64,000 bases of DNA from Candidatus Zhuqueibacterota bacterium (lineage in GTDB: Bacteria > Zhuqueibacterota > Zhuqueibacteria > Thermofontimicrobiales > Thermofontimicrobiaceae). Below, piece by piece: positions 56,035-64,000 of the stretch. Each line of letters begins with the position of its first letter. Position 1 is the first letter of the stretch. The position numbers and the translations under genes are program-made. Under the pieces are notes generated by a model. That model was not told the DNA's origin. It made no database searches and worked only from the letters and a program-made list of their open reading frames with translations. Location: positions 320,001-384,000 of the forward strand of contig JBMOPW010000034.1 of assembly GCA_049322915.1 (NCBI GenBank), written 5' to 3'.

Positions 56035-56814
56035 ATGGCTGAACGAAAATCGACACGCGAACACTGGGAAAAATTTTGGCGGGAAAAGGAACAGATTGAA
56101 GACGTTTATTCGAATGAAGAACGTATCTATCACAATATCAAGCCATTCACTCCCATTAAAAATAAACGCATTCTTGAGGTAGGCGCAGGCAGCGCCCGCG
56201 ATAGCTTTCAATTCGCACACGACCAGGCGATGGTCTATGTGCTGGACTATTCGCCACAAGCGCTGGCCATTGTCCGGAAATTGAATGCTCAAAGTCCGGC
56301 AAAACTGAATTTGATCCAGTCCGATGCGTTTCATATCCCTGTCCCGGATAACACTTTTGACATTGTGTTTCACCAGGGATTGTTAGAGCATTTCAGGGAT
56401 CCCCGGCCCCTCATTCAGGAGAACTTCCGAGTGCTCAAACCCGGCGGCCTGCTGCTCATCGATGTGCCGCAACGATATCATGTTTACACCCTCATCAAGC
56501 ACATTTTGATTTTGCTGAACAGATGGTTTGCCGGCTGGGAAACTGAATTTTCCATTCGTGAGTTAAAAAATCTGATGCAACAGCAGGGATTCGCAATCAA
56601 GTTTTGTTACGGCCGCTGGATGCGTCCCAGTCTTTTTTACCGGATCATGCGGGAGGCAATGAAGAAATTGAACATCAGACTTCCGCTTTATCCCGAAGGC
56701 TTCCCATGGACGCGACGGCTGCGCGATTACCTGAGATGTAAATTCATCGAGAAACGCTGGGCGTTTTATACGTTTCTGGACATCGGGGTTATTGGTCAAA
56801 AACAAGGGGATTGA
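56035..56814 (+). CDS. Class I SAM-dependent methyltransferase (type 11-like)
   Basis: ILEVGAGS motif I, VLDYS, SDAF, FDIVFHQGLLEH and RVLKPGG. Confidence 0.9.
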   Translation: MAERKSTREHWEKFWREKEQIEDVYSNEERIYHNIKPFTPIKNKRILEVGAGSARDSFQFAHDQAMVYVLDYSPQALAIVRKLNAQSPAKLNLIQSDAFHIPVPDNTFDIVFHQGLLEHFRDPRPLIQENFRVLKPGGLLLIDVPQRYHVYTLIKHILILLNRWFAGWETEFSIRELKNLMQQQGFAIKFCYGRWMRPSLFYRIMREAMKKLNIRLPLYPEGFPWTRRLRDYLRCKFIEKRWAFYTFLDIGVIGQKQGD

Positions 56815-56825
56815 ATCTGGGAACC

Positions 56826-57944
56826 ATGGGGTATCGCATACTTGTAATCAACTGGCAAGACATCCGAAATCCATTGGGCGGCGGAGCGGAAGTTCATTTA
56901 CACGAAATTTTCAAACGAATCGCGCAGCAGGGACACGAAGTCACCCTGCTCTGTTGCCTGCATAAAGAGTTACCGTCGGAGGAGACAGTCGATTCGATCA
57001 AAATTATCCGGCGCGGGAATCGCTATTTCTTCAATTACCTGGTACCGTTCATTTACCGGCGTCTCTCCCGGCGCTATTCTTTTGATGTGGTGATCGATGA
57101 CATCAACAAAATTCCCTTTTACACGCCGCTGTTTGTGAAGAGACCGTTGTTGGGCATCATCCATCACCTGTTCGGTTCGAGCATTTTCATCGAAGCCCCG
57201 CTGCCGGTGGCGCTCTACGTCACTTTTGCCGAATGGCTCATCCCCAAAATGTACCGCACGACTCCGATGGTGGTGGTTTCGAATAGCACCCGTCAGGAAT
57301 TGGTCGAAAAGGGGTTCCCGGAGGATTCAATCGACCTTGTCTACAATGCGGTGGATGTGACGGCGTACCAGGCGGCGCCGGAAAAAAAATCGAATCAGCC
57401 GGTTGTCGGTTATCTGGGCCGAATCAAGAAATACAAAAGCGTCAACCATCTGATCCATGCGTTTCAGAAAGTGAAGCTCGAGATACCGGAAGCGTCACTG
57501 CTCATTGTCGGGGATGGCGATTACCTGCCGCGCCTGAAAAAGCTGGTTCGCGATTTGAAATTATCAGATAGCGTCACGTTCACAGGCGCCACCTATCATC
57601 AGCAGAAGATCGATTACCTGAATCGAATGTGGCTGATGGTGAATCCCTCACCCAAAGAGGGCTGGGGATTGACGGTCATCGAAGGCAATGCCTGCGGCAT
57701 CCCGGTGATTGCGGCGAATTCCCCCGGTCTCCGCGATTCGGTGGTGGATGGCCAGACCGGCCTGCTCTATCCCTACGGGGACGTGGATCGGCTGGCAGAG
57801 CGCATCATCACCTTATTAAAAGATCATTCGTTAAGAAATAGATTGGCAGCTCACTGTTCACCCTGGGCGGAAAAATTCAATTGGGAAAATTCAGCGCATG
57901 ATATGCTTCATGCGATTGAAAAAGCTTTGACTCGGAGGTTTTAG
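56826..57944 (+). CDS. Glycosyltransferase family 4
   Basis: GGAEVH, YLGRIKKYK, EGWGLTVIE (EX7E) and GLRDSVVDGQTGLL motifs. Confidence 0.92.
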   Translation: MGYRILVINWQDIRNPLGGGAEVHLHEIFKRIAQQGHEVTLLCCLHKELPSEETVDSIKIIRRGNRYFFNYLVPFIYRRLSRRYSFDVVIDDINKIPFYTPLFVKRPLLGIIHHLFGSSIFIEAPLPVALYVTFAEWLIPKMYRTTPMVVVSNSTRQELVEKGFPEDSIDLVYNAVDVTAYQAAPEKKSNQPVVGYLGRIKKYKSVNHLIHAFQKVKLEIPEASLLIVGDGDYLPRLKKLVRDLKLSDSVTFTGATYHQQKIDYLNRMWLMVNPSPKEGWGLTVIEGNACGIPVIAANSPGLRDSVVDGQTGLLYPYGDVDRLAERIITLLKDHSLRNRLAAHCSPWAEKFNWENSAHDMLHAIEKALTRRF

Positions 57945-57947
57945 CTC

Positions 57948-60665
57948 ATGCAAAACGACAAAAGGTTAAATCGCATTTTAGCGTTTTTTGTCTTTCTTGT
58001 TTCACTCGTTGTTTATTTGAAAACCGTCGCCCCTACCACATCGTTCTGGGACTGCGGTGAATTCATCGCTTGCTCCTACATTCTGGGCGTGCCTCATCCG
58101 CCCGGCGCGCCGCTGTACATTCTCGTTGGCAGGATTTTCAGCATGCTTCCTCTTGCCGCGGATATCGGACTTCGGGTCAATATCGTCTCGTCACTCTCCA
58201 GCAGCTTGACCATCATGTTCACCTACCTCATCATTGTCCGATTGGTGAGTATGTTTCGCGGTCGTCCTTCAGATACTCTCAATAAAATCATCGTCTACGG
58301 CAGCGGTGTGATCGGCGCTCTGACCTTTGCCTTCACCGATAGTTTCTGGTTCAATGCCGTGGAAGCCGAAGTCTATGCCATCAGTATTCTGTTCACCGCC
58401 GTGGTCCTGTTGCTCGCCCTTGTCTGGTGGGAGAAAGCCGACGAACCGAGCAGCGATAAATATATTTTGATATTAGCCTACGCCGTGGGGATGGTCATTG
58501 GCGTTCACCTGCTCAGCATTCTGGCGTTGCCGGCGCTGTTCGTGATTTTCTATTTTCGAAAATACAAAAAACTGGAATGGACGCCGTTTCTGACTTTCAC
58601 GTTCATCTCGGTGCTGATCTTCATCGTCATCTATCCCGGCATTGTGAAGTGGTTGCCGAATCTGGCTTTGTTCATCAACAAACAGACCAGTTCCACAATG
58701 ACAGCCATCATCTTTCTTCTCCTGACCGCGGCGCTCATCTACGCCCTGGCCAGGTCCATTATCAGCCGAAATCGCACGGTATTTCTGGCGCTGGCCTCCT
58801 TCCTGCTCATCATCATCGGCGTATCCACTTACACAGCCATTTACATCCGCTCCAACCTGAATCCGGCCATCGATGAAAACGACCCGGAAACCATGGCCAA
58901 TATGGTGAGCTATCTCAACCGAGAGCAATATGGCGACTGGAGCATCATGGAACGGCGCGCCCCGCTATGGAAGTATCAGATCGAAAAGATGTTCATCCGC
59001 TATTTCAACTGGCAATATCTCGGCCAGGGAACCACGCTGGACGATGACTCACTGATCGTGGAAAATTACAGTTTAAAAGGCTTGTGGGGGTTGCCCTTCC
59101 TCATCGGTCTGATCGGCATGTTCCACCACTTCAGGAAAGATTGGAAACATGCGTCTTCAATCATGATGCTATTCCTCTGGACCGGGCTGGCTATTGTCAT
59201 TTATCTCAATCAGGAGGATCCGCAACCGCGCGAACGAGACTATGTCTATGTCGGGGCGTTCTTTGCGTTCGCACTGTGGATTGGCATCGGCGTGACCGCA
59301 ATCTCGGACTATGTGCTCAATTCATTCAAAAAAATGAAGAGCCAGCAAAAGCTGATTCTTGCGTCTCTGACGATGTTCATTCTTTTGCTCGCCGGTCCCA
59401 TCAATTTGCTATCCTATAATTTCGAATCCCACGATCGCTCCGGCAATTATGTGGCCTACGACTATTCTTTCAATATTTTGCAGAGCTGCGAACCGAACGC
59501 CATCCTGTTCACCAATGGAGACAACGACACCTTCCCGCTCTGGTTCCTGCAGGAAGTGTACGGTATCCGCAAGGACATCCGGGTGGTGAATCTCAGCTTG
59601 CTGAACACGCACTGGTACATCAAGCAGCTTCGCGATCAGGAACCCAAAGTGCCGATCAATATGAGGGACAATCAGATCGAACGGCTGCAGCCCCAATATT
59701 GGCCTGAAGCCAAAACAGTCCGGCTGGATGTGCCCAAAGAAGCCTATCTGCGCGATATGAACGACGTGGTGGAACAGAAACAGCTCATGGAAAACATTGA
59801 AGAACCGCCAGCCATCACCTTCGAGTTGGAGCCCACGCTCCAGGGTCAGGGTATCCGGGTGCAGGACATCATGATCATCAATATCATCCAATCCAACCGA
59901 TTCCGGCGTCCCATCTACTTCGCTCTGACGGTCTCGCGGGATAACCAGCTTAACATGTTCAAATATTTACGTATGGACGGACTCGTCTTCAAAGTGGTCA
60001 CGTACACGGATGAACCTCTGTCGCCGACGCATCTTGAGAACAACCTGTTCGAGAAATTCCGATACAGAAATCTCGCCAATCCCGAAGTCTATTACAACGA
60101 CAATATCAAGGGCTTGCTGAGAAATTACCAGGGCGCGTTCTACAGCCTCGCCCAGTATTATGGCAAAGAAAAGATGTACGATCGGATGGCCGCTGTTCTC
60201 GATACGCTGAATAAAGTCATGCCCAACTCTGTCATTCCCATGCGCAAAGAACTCCAGTTCGAAATGGGGCGCATGTACTACCTTGCGAACCAGCCTGAGA
60301 AATTCAGAGATGTGCTATTCCAATTGATCAAGCGCAGCGATGTACCGTTGAATGAACGGCTGCAGTACGCCGGCTGGTATTCACAGCTCTATCCGCAGAA
60401 TGCAACGCCGGTTCTGGAATACGTTCAGATGCTTGTGAAAGAATTTCCAAATCAGGTCGACTCCTATTATTGGCTGGCCGGGCATTATTTGAGAACAAAA
60501 CAGTACCAGCAAGGGATCGACATTTTGAACCAATGGCTCGCTATCAAGCCGGACGACAAAACGGCCAAATCGCAAGTGGAGCAGTTTCAGAAGTTGATCA
60601 CGACTTCGGGCAAGGATACATCAATATCAGAGAATATACCGGCAGACACGTCTAAATCCGAGTGA
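57948..60665 (+). CDS. DUF2723 / TMEM260-like (GT117, GT-C) membrane glycosyltransferase with a C-terminal TPR-like region, paralog 1
   Basis: APTTSFWDCGEF...LGVPHPPGAP, NAVEAEVYA, YLNREQYG, PRERDY, FTNGDNDTFPLW and VVNLSLLNT motifs; about 12 TM helices. Confidence 0.9.
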   Translation: MQNDKRLNRILAFFVFLVSLVVYLKTVAPTTSFWDCGEFIACSYILGVPHPPGAPLYILVGRIFSMLPLAADIGLRVNIVSSLSSSLTIMFTYLIIVRLVSMFRGRPSDTLNKIIVYGSGVIGALTFAFTDSFWFNAVEAEVYAISILFTAVVLLLALVWWEKADEPSSDKYILILAYAVGMVIGVHLLSILALPALFVIFYFRKYKKLEWTPFLTFTFISVLIFIVIYPGIVKWLPNLALFINKQTSSTMTAIIFLLLTAALIYALARSIISRNRTVFLALASFLLIIIGVSTYTAIYIRSNLNPAIDENDPETMANMVSYLNREQYGDWSIMERRAPLWKYQIEKMFIRYFNWQYLGQGTTLDDDSLIVENYSLKGLWGLPFLIGLIGMFHHFRKDWKHASSIMMLFLWTGLAIVIYLNQEDPQPRERDYVYVGAFFAFALWIGIGVTAISDYVLNSFKKMKSQQKLILASLTMFILLLAGPINLLSYNFESHDRSGNYVAYDYSFNILQSCEPNAILFTNGDNDTFPLWFLQEVYGIRKDIRVVNLSLLNTHWYIKQLRDQEPKVPINMRDNQIERLQPQYWPEAKTVRLDVPKEAYLRDMNDVVEQKQLMENIEEPPAITFELEPTLQGQGIRVQDIMIINIIQSNRFRRPIYFALTVSRDNQLNMFKYLRMDGLVFKVVTYTDEPLSPTHLENNLFEKFRYRNLANPEVYYNDNIKGLLRNYQGAFYSLAQYYGKEKMYDRMAAVLDTLNKVMPNSVIPMRKELQFEMGRMYYLANQPEKFRDVLFQLIKRSDVPLNERLQYAGWYSQLYPQNATPVLEYVQMLVKEFPNQVDSYYWLAGHYLRTKQYQQGIDILNQWLAIKPDDKTAKSQVEQFQKLITTSGKDTSISENIPADTSKSE

Positions 60666-60684
60666 CGCGGTGCGGAGACAAGGT

Positions 60685-63522
60685 ATGGTTCAGGAAAAAT
60701 ACTATCATCGTGGGCTTGCAGCAGCACTATTTTTGATCTCCTTCGGCGTCTATCTGGACACAATCGCGCCAACGACGTCATTCTGGGATTGTGGTGAATT
60801 CATCACCTGCTCGTTCATTCTGGGGGTGCCGCATCCCCCGGGTGCGCCGTTTTTTCTGCTCCTGGGCAGAATTTTTTCGATGCTCCCATTAGCCGCGGAT
60901 ATCGGGCTGCGCGTCAATATCATTTCCGCATTGACCACAGCCCTCACGGTGACGCTGACCTATCTGATTATTGCCCGATTGATTCAACTGTGGCGCGGTC
61001 AGATAAAAACCATCGAGGACAGGATCATCGTCTACGGCAGCAGCGTTGTGGGCGCGATGGCATTCGCCTTCTCCGATTCCCTCTGGTTCAATGCTGTTGA
61101 GGCTGAAGTATACGCCATCAGCATGTTTTTCACAGCCATCATCGTCTGGCTCGTCCTGATCTGGCACGAAAAAGCCGATTCCCCGGCCAGCGACAGATAC
61201 ATCCTGCTCATCGCCTATTGCATTGGCCTGGCGATCGGCATCCATTTATTGAATATCCTGGCGCTGCCGGCCATCTTCATCATTATTTTCTTTCGTAAAT
61301 ATCACACAGAGACTTCTGCCTCTTTCAAATTCTTTGCAGCCACATCCATTTTATTCATCATAGAAATTTTGCTCTATCTGAAGACGCGGAACATCTGGAT
61401 TGTTACCGCCCTCCCGCTGATTGCAGTGGCGCTTATCTTTGTCTTCAGAAAGAATCGACCCGAATATTTCCGGCTATTCCTTTTCACCGGCATGTCGACT
61501 CTCATCTTCATCAGCATTTACCCCGGCGTGGTGAAATGGATTCCGAATACGGTTTTATTTCTGAGGAATCACGCCGGCGTCGCTGTCACCGCATTGCTCA
61601 TTGTCCTGCTTAGCCTGGGATTGATCACCGCCCTGGCGCTGGCTGCGCGTTACCGGAATCGGCTGCTGCAATTGACCATCCTGTCGTTTCTGCTGATACT
61701 CGTTGGTGCATCGACGTTCTCCAGCGTCTATATCCGCTCACAGCTCAATCCGGCCATCGATGAGAACGATCCGGAGAATCTGGAGAATCTCATCAGCTAC
61801 ATTAACCGCGAGCAATACGGCGACTGGAGCATCATCGAACGGCGAGCGCCGCTCTGGGAATATCAGATCAAAAAAATGTACATCCGTTACCTGGGCTGGC
61901 AGTTCATTGGCAAGGGCTCAACGCTGGGGGCGGATGGCTTTTTGACCGATACCATCAACGTCAGTGGATTGTGGGGAATTCCGTTTCTTGTCGGCATTTT
62001 GGGCATGGTGTACCATTTTTCCAGAGACCCCAGACGGGCGTTCTCCATCCTCCTGCTGTTCCTTTTCACCGGTTTGATGATTGTCATTTATTTGAACCAG
62101 ACCGATCCGCAGCCGCGCGAACGTGACTATGTCTTTGTCGCGTCGTTTTTTGCTTTTGCCATCTGGATCGGAGTCGGCGCCGCCGGCCTTTTCGAATCGA
62201 TATCCGAGTCGATGCGAACTCAACGTCGCTTCAGGCATTTCGCCCTGTTCGCCGCCGCGCTTGTTTTTATCCTGCTCATTCCGGTTCGAATGGTCGCTGT
62301 GAACTATCGCTCCCATAATCGAAGCGGCGACTACGTCGCTTACGACTATTCATATAATCTTCTTCAATCCTGTGAAAAGGACGCCATCCTGTTCACCAAC
62401 GGCGACAACGATACCTTTCCGCTCTGGTTTCTGCAGTATGTCTACAACATCCGAACCGATGTCCGGGTGGTGAATTTAAGCCTGCTCAATACAAACTGGT
62501 ATATCAAACAACTGCGCGACCAGGAACCGCGCGTTCCCATTTCCATGACCGATTCGCAAATCGACCAGCTCAGCCCGATGTATTGGCCGGAACCCAAAAC
62601 GGTGAAAATTCATGTCCCGAGGGCGATCTATCAGCGGGAACTGGAAGACCTGGAACAGCGCAAGGAATTCGTCTCCCAGGCGCTGCAAAATCCCAATCCC
62701 CCGGAAATGAGTTTCACCCTGGGACCCACCCTCATGGGCAAGGGAATTCGCGTCCAGGACATCATGATTCTGAATATCATCGCCTCAAATCAGTTCGAGA
62801 AACCGACATATTTTGCCGTGACCGTTTCGACCAATAACATGCTCAACATGCACGATTATTTGAGAATGGACGGACTGGTCTACAAACTAGTCACCTATCC
62901 CGGCGAGAAAATTTCACCCTCGCGACTTGCCGAAAATTTCTATTCAAAGTTCCAATATCGGAATCTCGATGATTCAGATGTGTATTTCAATGACAATGTC
63001 CTGGGATTGCTCATTAATTACCGATCCGGATTTTTAAGACTGGCCGATTTCTATCGCCAGGAAAAAATGTATCCAGAGATGGTGGCAGCGCTCGATTCGA
63101 TGGAAAAATTCATTCCGGAATCGGTTATTCCTCTCCACGATCAGCGTTTGGCCATGGCCATTGGCAGCATGTACCTGGATGGCGGTCGTCCCGGGGAATT
63201 CGAGAAACGACTGGAGTATTGGCTGAACATGCCCGGTCTGCCGCCGGAAAATGCTGTCGAGATTGCACAAATCTATTTTGAATATCTGCACAACGCGGAG
63301 AAGTCGGAGCAGATCGCATTGAAGCTGATTGAAAGCGATCCCGGATACCTTCGCGGATATTATTGGCTATTCAATTTGTATCTTGAAATAAAGTCCTATG
63401 CAAAGGGTCTTTCATTGGCTGAAAAATTGGTTCAACTGCGACCCAATGATAGTCAGGCGAAAGCTCAATTGCAGCAATTCCAGAAATTGAATACCAGCCA
63501 GGATTCTTCCCGCGTGAAATGA
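60685..63522 (+). CDS. DUF2723 / TMEM260-like (GT117, GT-C) membrane glycosyltransferase, paralog 2
   Basis: Same motif set as paralog 1 plus an extra ~45-aa hydrophobic insertion; ATG 60685 with GGAG. Confidence 0.9.
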   Translation: MVQEKYYHRGLAAALFLISFGVYLDTIAPTTSFWDCGEFITCSFILGVPHPPGAPFFLLLGRIFSMLPLAADIGLRVNIISALTTALTVTLTYLIIARLIQLWRGQIKTIEDRIIVYGSSVVGAMAFAFSDSLWFNAVEAEVYAISMFFTAIIVWLVLIWHEKADSPASDRYILLIAYCIGLAIGIHLLNILALPAIFIIIFFRKYHTETSASFKFFAATSILFIIEILLYLKTRNIWIVTALPLIAVALIFVFRKNRPEYFRLFLFTGMSTLIFISIYPGVVKWIPNTVLFLRNHAGVAVTALLIVLLSLGLITALALAARYRNRLLQLTILSFLLILVGASTFSSVYIRSQLNPAIDENDPENLENLISYINREQYGDWSIIERRAPLWEYQIKKMYIRYLGWQFIGKGSTLGADGFLTDTINVSGLWGIPFLVGILGMVYHFSRDPRRAFSILLLFLFTGLMIVIYLNQTDPQPRERDYVFVASFFAFAIWIGVGAAGLFESISESMRTQRRFRHFALFAAALVFILLIPVRMVAVNYRSHNRSGDYVAYDYSYNLLQSCEKDAILFTNGDNDTFPLWFLQYVYNIRTDVRVVNLSLLNTNWYIKQLRDQEPRVPISMTDSQIDQLSPMYWPEPKTVKIHVPRAIYQRELEDLEQRKEFVSQALQNPNPPEMSFTLGPTLMGKGIRVQDIMILNIIASNQFEKPTYFAVTVSTNNMLNMHDYLRMDGLVYKLVTYPGEKISPSRLAENFYSKFQYRNLDDSDVYFNDNVLGLLINYRSGFLRLADFYRQEKMYPEMVAALDSMEKFIPESVIPLHDQRLAMAIGSMYLDGGRPGEFEKRLEYWLNMPGLPPENAVEIAQIYFEYLHNAEKSEQIALKLIESDPGYLRGYYWLFNLYLEIKSYAKGLSLAEKLVQLRPNDSQAKAQLQQFQKLNTSQDSSRVK

Positions 63523-63695
63523 TTGCGTAGATCGGTTCTGGTGTGATGGAGAATCGGAAGAGATTGTCCATCATCGTGCGTTAATGTATGACATCTCCTC
63601 TTTGATATCCAATGGTAACGGAGCGGGTTCTCCATAATAAGTATTTGAATTCATGTCTGTGTAATTTGGTCACATGTGTACGGAGTGAGGAAAAG

Positions 63696-64000
63696 GTGAT
63701 CAGACGAGTCACTATTTCTATTTTGAAAATTGCCGTTAGCCTGGCGCTGATACTATTCCTGTTGATTCGACTGGGCTTTGAAGATATTTTAAATCAGTTT
63801 GCCTCCGCCAGGCTGAGCTGGCTGCTGGTTGCTGTTGCTGCGTTCACGGTGAGCAATATTCTCGGCTCGTTGCAATGGGATTTGCTCTTGCGCTACAGGG
63901 GGATTAAGCTGCCATTTTCCCGGATCATGTCCTATTATTTCGTCGGTCTATTCTTCAATAATTTTCTCATCGGCTACGTGGGCGGCGATGCGTTCCGTAT
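63696..64000 (+). CDS. Flippase-like membrane protein (lysylphosphatidylglycerol synthase TM / YbhN family), truncated by the window end
   Basis: Not in the ORF track. Manual translation: VIRRVTISILKIAVSLALILFLL...QWDLLL...YFVGLFFNNFLIGYVGGDAFR; the FFNN...GGD..R signature is typical of the family. Confidence 0.82.
   Translation, partial: MIRRVTISILKIAVSLALILFLLIRLGFEDILNQFASARLSWLLVAVAAFTVSNILGSLQWDLLLRYRGIKLPFSRIMSYYFVGLFFNNFLIGYVGGDAFR

Overview
Bacterial genomic window, most likely from an FCB-superphylum lineage outside the Bacteroidia (KSB1/Calditrichota/Ignavibacteriota-like). This is inferred from the 'QNYPNPFN...KKMLYLK' C-terminal sorting domains and from sigma70-type TTGACT-17-TATATT promoters. 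Three blocks are visible. (1) ~1-29.3 kb: an accessory glycan-utilisation locus with no SusC/SusD in the window. It holds CTD-tagged secreted binding and lyase-like proteins, a GH89, a URO-D-family protein, an esterase, RhaT and SSS symporters, a PL26/YetA-like protein, an unassigned putative glycan enzyme, an orphan degenerate DctP, a Tat-exported AKR and a PDZ-containing hybrid two-component AraC regulator. Three promoters in this block share a 21-bp-periodic direct-repeat operator abutting the -35 box. (2) 29.6-39.8 kb: a partner-switching module (RsbV, RsbW, four PP2C/SpoIIE phosphatases with different inputs, a beta-propeller lipoprotein) with no sigma factor in the window. (3) 40-64 kb: housekeeping and envelope genes (pgi, two FadL/PorV-like barrels, TPR-CsgG, apt, acyP, peptidase M64, valS, DUF4139, recG, DUF1844), then a candidate protein O-glycosylation operon (SAM methyltransferase, GT4, two tandem DUF2723/TMEM260-like GT-C proteins, flippase-like protein). 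Intergenic regions contain REP-, MITE- and attC-like elements and a duplicated 31-bp motif. No rRNA, tRNA, CRISPR array or transposase was recognised. All family assignments come from reading motifs by eye, not from database searches.
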